The notes under the pieces: model-generated
What the model was told of the DNA's origin: nothing
What the model saw: the letters and a program-made list of their open reading frames with translations, nothing else
Database searches by the model: none
In this document: positions 30,302-39,373 of the stretch, piece after piece
How positions within the stretch are numbered: the first letter of the stretch is position 1
How the letters are laid out: every line of letters starts with the position of its first letter
Made by a program: the position numbers and the translations under genes
Assembly (NCBI GenBank): GCA_965223265.1
Contig: OZ244999.1
Coordinates: 5,184,001 to 5,248,000 of the forward strand
DNA length: 64,000 nt
Source: Planctomycetota bacterium
Lineage (GTDB): Bacteria > Planctomycetota > UBA8108 > SXIK01
Direction of reading: 5' to 3'

Positions 30302-31415
30302 GGCGGGTTGTCGTCAACTGCAGCTTGCGAGCGATCTCCCCCTTGCGAATCGCAGCACGCTTGCGGATGTCCCGGAATGCGAAGTCCTGGAGTACACGCT
30401 CGTACGCGATCAACGCCTGGTCGTACTTACCGCCGCGATCAAGCTTGTCGGCGGCGTCCATTTCCTTGGTCGCAACGCCACGGTACTTTTCGACAACGGC
30501 GATCAACTGTTTTTTTACCAACTCATCCATGTTGCGTTGCCGCTTCGGCTTTTGCAGCTCAACCACAGCGAGGACGGCCTGTTTTCTCTTGCCGGCAGAA
30601 AAGGTGTAGAGCGACTTTTCCAGAATCGGCTCGATCTTCAAGGCATTGGCTGCATGGATCTTGTTGACCTTCGCAACCCGCGACACCTGCTCACGGAATT
30701 GGCGTGGGCGTGGCAGCTTCTTTTCATACCGCTTCACCGGCAACTCTCGATGGCTGAGTAGCAAGACGGCGGCCTGGTCCGAAACCAGTTGGAGCCTATT
30801 GAGAACTTTCTGCTGCGTCGAAAGTGGATCAAGCTTGGCGCGATCTTCAGGAGCCAGCAGTTTCACACATCCTCGTGAACGAGCCTCAAGAGCCGGTTTT
30901 CTCTCTAATTTCGGCCACGACCCGTTAAGGTCCCCGGGTCGAACGCGGATGAACACGCAGCGTTTCGCGACATACGCTCTGAGCGCTCGACTACTCAGGT
31001 GATCCTCGAGGACTTGAGCAACCGATGTGGAAAGCGCCCCCGGGGAAACCGACGAAGCGGCATCTGCACCCGCTGCTTCATCGCCGTCGCCATCTCCAGA
31101 ATCCTTACTGGTCTGTCGGTCAACACCGTCGGGAGCGAACACCAGCAGCCCGACGCGCTTTTTCAACCGCATCGCCTGTAGTCCGTCGGCGAGGCTGAGC
31201 CAATGAATCTCATTCTCCCCTTTGCTCTTCCCGTTCTTTGCCCCTCGCCGTGCTTTCGAGGCGTCAGCGCGGCGCTGCTTGGCAGCTTCCCGCCTCTTCC
31301 CACCCTCCGTGATCTCCGCGGCCGCGGGAGCCGCACCTCGATCGGTGAAGAGAACGCCTCCGATCCCAATCGCCGCGAAAACAGCAGCCCACCACAGCGA
31401 CCGAGGCGCGGTCAT
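30291..31415 (-). CDS. Exported hypothetical protein (CxxC-less thioredoxin-like region, helical C-terminus)
   Basis: GGAGG RBS before ATG 31415; N-terminal TM/signal; IHWLSLADGL motif; overlaps the murQ start. Confidence 0.6.
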   Translation of the reverse strand: MTAPRSLWWAAVFAAIGIGGVLFTDRGAAPAAAEITEGGKRREAAKQRRADASKARRGAKNGKSKGENEIHWLSLADGLQAMRLKKRVGLLVFAPDGVDRQTSKDSGDGDGDEAAGADAASSVSPGALSTSVAQVLEDHLSSRALRAYVAKRCVFIRVRPGDLNGSWPKLERKPALEARSRGCVKLLAPEDRAKLDPLSTQQKVLNRLQLVSDQAAVLLLSHRELPVKRYEKKLPRPRQFREQVSRVAKVNKIHAANALKIEPILEKSLYTFSAGKRKQAVLAVVELQKPKRQRNMDELVKKQLIAVVEKYRGVATKEMDAADKLDRGGKYDQALIAYERVLQDFAFRDIRKRAAIRKGEIARKLQLTTTRRGR

Positions 31416-31597
31416 CGCCACCGCCTCCCCCCTGCATTCGATCAACTCACCATCGAGCAGGGCGCCCGGCTCGGTTCGGAACGACTGCGCTGCGACCATA
31501 AAAGGTCCTCCAGATCACTCAGGGTTCCTTATATAATCCGGCCCATGCACCTGATTAGGGGGCCTCAAAGCTCAACCTGCAACTACTCTTTTCTCCG

Positions 31598-32407
31598 ATG
31601 AGGGTACAAAAGGACGGCGAACGCATCCGTCGCATGTTCGCTTCGATCGCCCCGCGCTACGATCTCCTCAATCACGTTCTCAGCCTGAACGTCGATCGCT
31701 CCTGGCGTCGACGTACCGTGCGTGAACTCAACCTCGACGCCTCGGCGCGGGTCCTCGACGTCTGTACCGGCACAGCTGATCTGGCACTCGAGCTCACGCG
31801 TGCCGTCCGCCCAGCCGACGGTGGTCTCGTCGTCGGCAGCGATTTTACTGCCGAAATGGTCAAACTCGGCGCCGAGAAGATCGGTGGCGAAAAGAGAAGG
31901 CGCTCCTGCGGTGATCGCCCGAACCTTTGCGTTGCGGATACGCTGGCGTTGCCGTTTCCCGACGCCGCGTTCGACGCCGTTACCGTCGGCTTCGGCGTCA
32001 GGAACCTGGCCGACCTCCGCGCCGGTCTCGTCGAGATGTTGAGGGTCCTGAAGCCCCACGGCCAGGTGGCGATCCTGGAGTTTTCGACGCCACGCTCGCC
32101 GGCCTTTCGCGGTCTCTACAAGTTTTACTTTCGCCGCTTGCTGCCGAAACTGGGCAGCTGGATTTCACGCACGGAGTGTGGCAAAAGTGCGTATGAGTAC
32201 CTCCCAGCCTCCGTGGCGGAGTTCCCATCTGCTCCAGCGTTGTCGGATCTCATGAAGAGCTGTGGATACGAAGACGTTCGATACCACACCTTGACGTTTG
32301 GCATCACGACACTCCACCTCGCCTGCAGGCCGCCCGCTTCGACGGCAGCAGACGATCTCGAGACAGGGACACGCACAATCGCGCCGGTAGAGAGCGACAC
32401 GCAATGA
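31598..32407 (+). CDS. menG: Demethylmenaquinone methyltransferase (UbiE/MenG)
   Basis: MFASIAPRYDLLN, LDVCTGTAD, GFGVRN, LEFS, YEYLPAS; TATAAT upstream at 31532. Confidence 0.92.
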   Translation: MRVQKDGERIRRMFASIAPRYDLLNHVLSLNVDRSWRRRTVRELNLDASARVLDVCTGTADLALELTRAVRPADGGLVVGSDFTAEMVKLGAEKIGGEKRRRSCGDRPNLCVADTLALPFPDAAFDAVTVGFGVRNLADLRAGLVEMLRVLKPHGQVAILEFSTPRSPAFRGLYKFYFRRLLPKLGSWISRTECGKSAYEYLPASVAEFPSAPALSDLMKSCGYEDVRYHTLTFGITTLHLACRPPASTAADDLETGTRTIAPVESDTQ

Positions 32408-32428
32408 GTTCTCTCTCGGCAGACCTTC

Positions 32429-33082
32429 ATGACCGCGAGCACCGAGACCTCGCAAGCAGGCTCCATGAATAAGCCACCAGGAGAAGGCCCCATCGTCGTC
32501 GGCGTTACCGGCGCAAGCGGGGTTGTCTACGCGCAGCGTCTCGTCCGCTTCCTGCTGCACGCCGGTCACGAAGTCCAACTGGCGATCTCGCGCGCAGGGC
32601 GCCTGGTGATCCAACAGGAAATCGAGCTTTCGGGCGCCAACGATCCGTGGGGCGAGGAACATCGCGAACGTCTGACGATCTTTTCCGAAGCGAATCTTAT
32701 GGCCCCGTTTTGCAGCGGTTCGTACAGATTCCGCGGTGTGGCCATCGTGCCCGCCTCAATGAGCACCGTCGCGGCCATCGCCAACGGCTTTAGCGCTAAC
32801 AACATCCACCGCGCCGCCGACGTCGCGCTGAAAGAACAGCGACCGCTCGTTCTCGTGCCGCGCGAGACGCCGCTCTCGGTCATTCACCTACAGAATCTTC
32901 TCAAACTGGCGCAAGCGGGTGCAGTCATTTTGCCGCCGTGCCCGGCGTTCTACCAACGACCGGCGACCATGAACGAGTCCATCGATTTCGTCGTCTCGCG
33001 GGTGCTTGACGCGCTAGGGATCAGCAACGAACTATATCCTCGCTGGCCGGAAACGCCTGGCTCATACGACGAGCACACTTGA
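32429..33082 (+). CDS. ubiX: Flavin prenyltransferase
   Basis: GVTGASG, SGS, RAADVALKE, PRETP, PAFY. Confidence 0.95.
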   Translation: MTASTETSQAGSMNKPPGEGPIVVGVTGASGVVYAQRLVRFLLHAGHEVQLAISRAGRLVIQQEIELSGANDPWGEEHRERLTIFSEANLMAPFCSGSYRFRGVAIVPASMSTVAAIANGFSANNIHRAADVALKEQRPLVLVPRETPLSVIHLQNLLKLAQAGAVILPPCPAFYQRPATMNESIDFVVSRVLDALGISNELYPRWPETPGSYDEHT

Positions 33083-33107
33083 CGCCGTCCTTGCATCCCG
33101 AGATTTC

Positions 33108-33959
33108 ATGTTCAGAAGAATCTCCACGTTCTGCGAATCGATCAAGATCTCCCATTCGGTTTTCGCTCTGCCGTTCGCTGTTGCGGCTGCGTTCCTCGCC
33201 AGCTCGGGCTTGCCACCGGGGCTGCTCCTCATCAAGATCATCCTGGCGGTCGTCTTCGCACGTACGTCCGCAATGGCCTTCAATCGCTGGTGCGACGCGC
33301 GAATCGATGCTCTCAATCCCAGAACAGAAAACCGCGCTGTCGTTACTGGCGAGCTCACTGGCCGCTTCATGCTCGGCGCGGCGATCTGCAGCTCGCTCGC
33401 TTTTGTCGCGGTCGCCGCAACGATCAATCCGCTCGCGTTGATCCTGTCGCCCGTCGCGCTGGGAATCCTCTTGGGATATTCCTACACGAAACGCTTTACG
33501 CCGCTGTCGCACGTCGTGCTCGGCGTTGCGCTTGGGCTCTCCCCCCTCGGTGCATGGATCGCCGTTCGCGGCGAATTCGCCCTCGTGCCGACCCTGCTTG
33601 GTCTCGCCGTGCTCCTCTGGACCGCGGGGTTCGATATCATTTACGCCTGTCAAGACGAGGCGTTCGATCGCCAGCACGGGCTTTTCTCGATTCCACAGAC
33701 GCTAGGTGTCGGCGCGGCGCTTTGGGTGACGCGGGTGTTCCATCTCATCGCCGTCGCGCTGCTTGCCATCGTCGGTTGGCAAGCGCAGCTTGGCGTGATC
33801 TACGCCTCAGGAGTCGCTATGGTCGCGATCATTCTCGCGTACGAGAACTCGCTCGTCAGAGCTGAGGATTTGTCGCGCGTCAACCTTGCATTCTTCACGC
33901 TAAACGGCATCGTCAGCCTCGTTTTTATGGCGGCAGTGATCCTTCAAATCGTGCTATAA
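33108..33959 (+). CDS. ubiA: UbiA-family prenyltransferase (MqnP-like)
   Basis: HSVFALPF, ARTSAMAFNR..D..IDALNPRT..R, YSYTKRF, GFDIIYACQD, AFFTLNG. Confidence 0.9.
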   Translation: MFRRISTFCESIKISHSVFALPFAVAAAFLASSGLPPGLLLIKIILAVVFARTSAMAFNRWCDARIDALNPRTENRAVVTGELTGRFMLGAAICSSLAFVAVAATINPLALILSPVALGILLGYSYTKRFTPLSHVVLGVALGLSPLGAWIAVRGEFALVPTLLGLAVLLWTAGFDIIYACQDEAFDRQHGLFSIPQTLGVGAALWVTRVFHLIAVALLAIVGWQAQLGVIYASGVAMVAIILAYENSLVRAEDLSRVNLAFFTLNGIVSLVFMAAVILQIVL

Positions 33960-34104
33960 TGACCTAAATCCGGGCGTTGCACGCGCTCAACTCTTGTCAG
34001 GCTTTGGGGTCTGTCGACTGCCCATGCATTCCTGCTCTAGAGTAGACACTCTCAGGACGGTGGGTAAGGGGCCTGACACGTTGTTTCCGAGCGTTTCCTT
34101 GACG

Positions 34105-34228
34105 CAACCTATTGAGAAGGTCGTTTGCCCCGAGACCGGGTCTGTGCGTCACAGACCGTGCCCATCTTCATCGGTCGGTCTGTGAAGATGAGCGACACAC
34201 CTTGGCGCGAGCACTTTTCAATAGGCTG
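34105..34228. mobile_element. Putative MITE-like element with terminal inverted repeats
   Basis: CAACCTATTGAGAAG (34105-34119) vs CTTTTCAATAGGCTG (34214-34228), a 13/15 inverted match; intergenic. Confidence 0.55.
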
Positions 34229-34283
34229 TTAACCAAAAACTTTTCACACGAGCAACGCGAAACCGCGGCGCTCACGGGAAGCT

Positions 34284-36206
34284 ATGGCAACTCAGCAGGG
34301 ACTAACTCTCGACCAATATCTTCGTGCCAAAGGACCGCTACCGCCCCTGAAGGCGGCTCGCGTGATGCGGGACATCGCCGAACAGGCGCAAGTGGGCACT
34401 GATTTTTGCGCCATCTCACCGGCGCGCATCGCGATTTCGAAGTCAGGCGTTCGCCTTCTCGCGGCTCCGAACCCAACGAAGCCGGTCATCGTTCAACGAG
34501 TCAACTACGTCGCTCCTGAGACGATTCGCCACGGCACCCAGGACGAATCAAGCCTCCTCTACTCCCTCGGCTGCACCTTGTTCGAACTCGTCGCCGGTAC
34601 AGCGCCCTTCGCTAGCGAGAATCCCAAAGCGACTCTCAAAGCACACCTGACGGCGGTTCCGCCGAGCCTCGAGCATGCCGCACCAGGAACTCCGCCGCGT
34701 CTCTTGGCAGTGGTCAACGCGCTCCTGCAACGAGATCCGACGCGGCGACCGAATTCCCTAGCAGAGGTCGCCCAGGCGTTGGTCAACATCGATTCGGACG
34801 CCCCCCCGATCGCGAGCGTCCCCACGCGAACTTCCACTGCCGCCAGCCGGCGACCGACTTCCAGATCCAGATTGGCCGCGCGGCGTCGTCGCGAAGAAGA
34901 CGACGACGGCAAGCGGCCGACGCGAAAGAAGAAGAGTTATGGTTTTACGATCGCGGGTGCGTTGATCGGGTTGGTCATAGCTCTCTTCCTGGTCCCATGG
35001 GAGATCGCGCGACAGGACAGGCAAACACTCACGAAGCGTGACGCAAACCGCAGCAAGTTGGAAGTCGAACGCAGCGAGCGAAAAGAGGCGCTGCGGGCGG
35101 AAATCGGCGCTGCGCAGGCCGAAGTCGATCGTCTGATACAAACTCGCGGCTCTGACGCACAAGCGATTGGCTACCACCTCGCTGAGCTCGTCCATGCACG
35201 TGGAGCTGAACGCCTGGGCGAACTCTACGTTGATCTCGCGATGACAGGCGGAGCGAAGAAAGGCGGAGAAGTCGACCCAGCGTACGAAGAGCTGCGAGCG
35301 AAGATCAGCGAGCTTCTGGCAGAGAATCGACACGGTGACGCTCTCAAGCAACTCGCGGATGCAGGGCGAACGTTTCCAGGTCGCACTGCCGACATTGAAC
35401 GACAGATCCTTGAGGTCTCCGAGCAGCTAACGAAGCAGTGGAATCGCGACAAAAACGCGATTGAGGCCATGCTGCGGCGAGAGCGTTTCAATCAAGCCCT
35501 CAGCCTGATCGCGCAGGTCCACGTCTACGGCGACGCCCCCATTCGGCGAGAGCTCGAGACCTACGAAGATCAGGCGCGGCGGCTCAAGGCAGAGGCTCAG
35601 GCAGAGGTCGAAGCGGAGATCATGAGAGCCAAGCGACGACGGTCGGACAAAGAGGACGACGAAGAAGACGAAGATGAAGAGGACGACGACGAGGAAGAGG
35701 ACGAAGAAGACGAAGAGGACGACTGGGGCGATGACGACGACGAGGAAGAAGACGAAGAGGAAGAAGACGAAGAGGACGACTGGGGCGATGACGACGACGA
35801 GGAAGAGGACGACGACGACTGGGGCGATGACGACGAGGAAGAAGACGAGGACGACGAAGAAGACGAAGAAGACGACTGGGGCGATGACGACGACGAGGAC
35901 GAAGAAGACGAGGACGAAGAAGACGAAGAAGACGAAGAGGAAGAAGACGAAGAGGACGACTGGGGCGATGACGACGACGAGGAAGAAGACGAAGAAGACG
36001 ACTGGGGCGATGACGACGACGAAGACGACGAAGACGAAGAAGACGACTGGGGCGATGACGACGAAGAAGACGAAGAGGACGACTGGGGCGATGACGACGA
36101 CGAGGAAGAAGACGAGGACGACGATGACTGGGACGATGACGAAGAGGACGACGATGAGGAGGAGGATGAAGAGGATGACGACGAGGACGAGGACGACGAC
36201 TGGTGA
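34284..36206 (+). CDS. Membrane pseudokinase (Ser/Thr kinase C-lobe) with extreme acidic DDW-repeat tail
   Basis: YVAPE and YSLGCTLFELVAGTAPF are present; Gly-loop, HRD and DFG are absent. RKKK then TM, a helical domain and a 184-aa D/E/W/G tail. Confidence 0.8.
   Translation: MATQQGLTLDQYLRAKGPLPPLKAARVMRDIAEQAQVGTDFCAISPARIAISKSGVRLLAAPNPTKPVIVQRVNYVAPETIRHGTQDESSLLYSLGCTLFELVAGTAPFASENPKATLKAHLTAVPPSLEHAAPGTPPRLLAVVNALLQRDPTRRPNSLAEVAQALVNIDSDAPPIASVPTRTSTAASRRPTSRSRLAARRRREEDDDGKRPTRKKKSYGFTIAGALIGLVIALFLVPWEIARQDRQTLTKRDANRSKLEVERSERKEALRAEIGAAQAEVDRLIQTRGSDAQAIGYHLAELVHARGAERLGELYVDLAMTGGAKKGGEVDPAYEELRAKISELLAENRHGDALKQLADAGRTFPGRTADIERQILEVSEQLTKQWNRDKNAIEAMLRRERFNQALSLIAQVHVYGDAPIRRELETYEDQARRLKAEAQAEVEAEIMRAKRRRSDKEDDEEDEDEEDDDEEEDEEDEEDDWGDDDDEEEDEEEEDEEDDWGDDDDEEEDDDDWGDDDEEEDEDDEEDEEDDWGDDDDEDEEDEDEEDEEDEEEEDEEDDWGDDDDEEEDEEDDWGDDDDEDDEDEEDDWGDDDEEDEEDDWGDDDDEEEDEDDDDWDDDEEDDDEEEDEEDDDEDEDDDW
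35652..36203 (+). repeat. Coding low-complexity repeat: 8 x GACTGGGGCGATGACGAC within GAN codon runs
   Basis: Encodes 8 DDWG, 1 DDWD and a terminal DDW. Confidence 0.95.
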
Positions 36207-37114
36207 AACGCTCTGAGCCGATCCCGCCATCGAGGGACGACGACACTCCCTGGCTCAGCGAAATGGTGGACGAAGAGCTTCTGGTTCTCTTTTCCGAGGA
36301 CACAGAAGACATCGCGCGGGGCGTCCTTCATCTTCTCCGCTTGGCGACGATCCGCCCCGATGTCGAAGAGCAGCTCGTCGATCTGATCGACGCGGCGCTC
36401 GAACATTCGAACGACGATGCGCAAGCCGCCACGTGGGCAACGGTGATTCTGGCGGAACTCGGATCCTCTCTTGGTATCGGAGTGATCCAGAGAGCGCTGC
36501 TGGCAGAAAACGACGAGACGCTCCAAAACACTGCGGCGGTCGCTCTTCTGCGCCTCGGAAGCCGCGGCCTCGACGCTGTCATGGAGACGATCGAGGAAAC
36601 CCAAAGCCCCACGTTCAACCGCCACGCCTACCGCGTCCTCGCCAACACCGGTGTCCTTGAGGATCCAGACACGACGCAGCGAGTGACGGAATTCCTCGAA
36701 GAACGAGTGCCGATCGAGCGCGGCCTACCGCCCCAAGACCGCGTGCTCGAAGAACTCGCAGATGCCCTGGCGAGGGTGGGCGCGCGTGAGAACATTAGCG
36801 TCCTCAAGGAGATCCTCGCCGAGGAATTTCAAGGCTCGAACTGCGCCCTTGAGGACTCGATCGCCATGCTCGAGGAAAACGACAGCGGCGATCCGATCGG
36901 CGCCCACACTCCACCGTGGGAGGAGCTGTACGGTTGGATGTTCGAACGTGCCGCACCGTCGGCTCTGCTTGAGCGCGATGCTGGGGGGGACATCACGATC
37001 GACCTGCCGTTCGGAGAAACTACGGACCCATCGTCTACCTCACCCGAGCACCGCTCGTCGTTTCTACGAGGCTTGAACGTCGAACCAAGAGAGAAGCCAG
37101 ACGAAGAGACATGA
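36203..37114 (+). CDS. HEAT-repeat protein
   Basis: GTGA overlap with the upstream stop; ATVILAELG, AAVALLRLG and LADALARVG HEAT-like helices. Confidence 0.7.
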   Translation: MKRSEPIPPSRDDDTPWLSEMVDEELLVLFSEDTEDIARGVLHLLRLATIRPDVEEQLVDLIDAALEHSNDDAQAATWATVILAELGSSLGIGVIQRALLAENDETLQNTAAVALLRLGSRGLDAVMETIEETQSPTFNRHAYRVLANTGVLEDPDTTQRVTEFLEERVPIERGLPPQDRVLEELADALARVGARENISVLKEILAEEFQGSNCALEDSIAMLEENDSGDPIGAHTPPWEELYGWMFERAAPSALLERDAGGDITIDLPFGETTDPSSTSPEHRSSFLRGLNVEPREKPDEET

Positions 37115-37262
37115 GCGGTCGTGGCCGCGCGCTTGGCGCCTCGCGCCGAAAGGCAGCCGGGACGAGTCCCCTGCTCCCTTCAGAGGCATGCCGGACGTCC
37201 TGCCGATCGCTCAAACTCGAAGGCGCCGAGCAGAGCGTTGAACAGCCCTTTCCAAGAGGCTG

Positions 37263-39035
37263 TTAGGTAAAATCGTCTTCCTCGTCATCGTCGTCCTCGT
37301 AATCGAGCGGCGCCAGCGAACGGAGGACAGCTTTGACGATATGTTTGAGCAACAGCAGGTTCTCTGGATGCGCTCGCAACATGTCCCAGCGGAAGTTCCA
37401 AGCTCGTTCCGATTGCATGGCAGCTCCCATGCTCGAAACCGAAGTGTTCGGCCACTTCTCCTTGAGGTCCAGCCTGAGATTCCATGCTGCCGCGCTATCG
37501 ATGCCGCTGATCGAATCAAGAACTTCTTTGGCGTAGTTCTTCGCCGCGTCTCGAACCTTCCAAGCACGCGGGTCGTTCGAGCGTCCGATGGTCTGGACGA
37601 CGATTTTCGGCGCTCGTACGACGTGCTCTTCGCGTAGGGCCCAGGCTCGGTCTGAGCTCAGCCCACGAAGACTCATTAGCACCCACGGCAGGTACTCAGC
37701 CGACAAACGATCGCGCCACTCCCAGGCACGTTCGGTGTCGATTCCCGCGAGGCTTTCGAGTATGGCGGGAAAATGTGGGAAGTGCGCCCTCTTTTCCCGC
37801 ATCGCCCACGCCTCTTCGGTGTCGAGACCGCGGAGACTGATCAGCACCTCGCGCATGGCCGATTTGCCGATCATCCGGCGGATGTCCCACGCGTGCTCGG
37901 AGTCTGAACCGCGCACAGTCAAGGCCACATACTCGGGGACGACTTGAGCAAGCTCGGTTCTGAGCGCCATCGCTTCAGGAGACTGCCCCGTCAAACTTCG
38001 TGCCACATACGCCGGTTCGATTTGTTTCAGCTTCTCGCGAAGCTCGTAAGACTCTGGCGTCCGCACCCCACGCAGGCCGTAGGCGACAACACCTGGTTCG
38101 TCGTCAATGATCGCGAGACGAAGCTCATGGGTCTCGGGCGTGTTCAAACCGATCAGATGCAACCCTACCTGACTCGGGCTCGTCGCGACCCGTTGGCGAA
38201 GCTCTTCGAAGAACGCGGTGTACGCTGTCTCCCGACGCTCGACAGGATCCTCGATACTGAGAAAACGCGCCACGGCTTCAGCGAGACGCCCGCGCGGTTT
38301 CGACTGTGACGCGCTCGAAAAGTCCACCCATCGCGGGTTGGTCAACCTCTTGTAACCCTTGGACTCAAGAACCTGCGCGACGCGATCAAAAATCCTCTGC
38401 AGCGACTCTTCGATCGTGCTATTTGCGTTGTCGATCACAACCCAGCGTTCTGGGTCCTCTTGAGCAAGCTTCAGAAACCCGTTGCGCATCTCCTCGCGAA
38501 AACCGATCCCCATGAGCCCCTTGCGGCCGAAATCTCCAAGCTTTCGATGATCCCGGATTTTTTGAACTCGTTTGCGCATCCGCGACGTCAGAGGGTCAAC
38601 GTCACTATACACGACGAGGTCAGGCCAAAGCCCGCGTGCGGCGACTTCCACGACCGCATCCACCTGGTCGCGTGGCACGCCACGCGCGTGATGACTATGG
38701 GTGATCGCGGAGTACAGATAGCGGTCACTGAACACGATGTTTCCCGGCTTGAGCTTTGGCCGGATGAACTCGTCGATCATCTGAGTGTCACGCGCGACGT
38801 AGAGCAGCAACTCGGTTGCATCGGACATGCGGAGGAATCGCGGGTCGCGCGTCAGAAGTCGAATTTCCTTCGAAATCTCGGAGCGAAAAACGCCTCCACT
38901 TCGCGCGTGGTGAACCGGGATCCCCTGCTCCTCCAAAACCGCCGCAAGACGATTCGAAAGCGTCGTCTTGCCGCTACCGTCGATTCCTTCGAAGTCGATG
39001 AAGACTGGGGCGGGTCCGGCTTCACACTGATCCAT
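37263..39035 (-). CDS. tmk: Thymidylate kinase fused to a C-terminal helical repeat domain
   Basis: FEGIDGSGKTT P-loop, ELLLYVAR, DRYLYS, PDLV; about ten 27-aa repeats follow. Start is 39035 or 39086. Confidence 0.85.
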   Translation of the reverse strand: MDQCEAGPAPVFIDFEGIDGSGKTTLSNRLAAVLEEQGIPVHHARSGGVFRSEISKEIRLLTRDPRFLRMSDATELLLYVARDTQMIDEFIRPKLKPGNIVFSDRYLYSAITHSHHARGVPRDQVDAVVEVAARGLWPDLVVYSDVDPLTSRMRKRVQKIRDHRKLGDFGRKGLMGIGFREEMRNGFLKLAQEDPERWVVIDNANSTIEESLQRIFDRVAQVLESKGYKRLTNPRWVDFSSASQSKPRGRLAEAVARFLSIEDPVERRETAYTAFFEELRQRVATSPSQVGLHLIGLNTPETHELRLAIIDDEPGVVAYGLRGVRTPESYELREKLKQIEPAYVARSLTGQSPEAMALRTELAQVVPEYVALTVRGSDSEHAWDIRRMIGKSAMREVLISLRGLDTEEAWAMREKRAHFPHFPAILESLAGIDTERAWEWRDRLSAEYLPWVLMSLRGLSSDRAWALREEHVVRAPKIVVQTIGRSNDPRAWKVRDAAKNYAKEVLDSISGIDSAAAWNLRLDLKEKWPNTSVSSMGAAMQSERAWNFRWDMLRAHPENLLLLKHIVKAVLRSLAPLDYEDDDDEEDDFT

Positions 39036-39241
39036 GAGATTCGCTCGCGTTGCGCCAAAAGGTGGGGTAACCGCCCGCAGCTCCACTGTCGTAGCACGAC
39101 ACCAGACGAGCGCGCCGCGACTAACGGATGGGCAGTTCGCGCTCGGCCCGAGGAGACGCCTGCGACGAGGGAGGTGGAACGCGCGACTCTCCCTCGGCGA
39201 GGTTGTTCACGAAGTCGTCGCCTCGCAAGAAAAGACCACCC

Positions 39242-39269
39242 ATTATAGAGGCGGACGCCTTGCAGTCAA
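39242..39269 (-). promoter_or_regulatory. sigma70-type promoter for tmk
   Basis: TTGACT-16 nt-TATAAT on the minus strand. Confidence 0.6.
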
Positions 39270-39373
39270 GAAAGGCATGACGCTCCAGGCGAACGCTGGT
39301 GACGGCTTCTGACGCTCTTTGGGTCGCCTGGATGAGCTTTCACAGCCCAACAAGGGAATCGGCGTTCCGTCGC

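Noticed and set aside
35652-36203. Repeated GACTGGGGCGATGACGAC with variable spacers, superficially CRISPR-like
   Set aside because: The spacers are GAN codon runs rather than unique sequence, everything is in frame within a CDS, and no cas genes are present.
35427-36625. Long poly-Ser, Val/Phe-rich, Arg/Leu-rich and Thr/Lys-rich ORFs
   Set aside because: These are alternative-frame and antisense shadows of the acidic repeat, which lacks stops in those frames.
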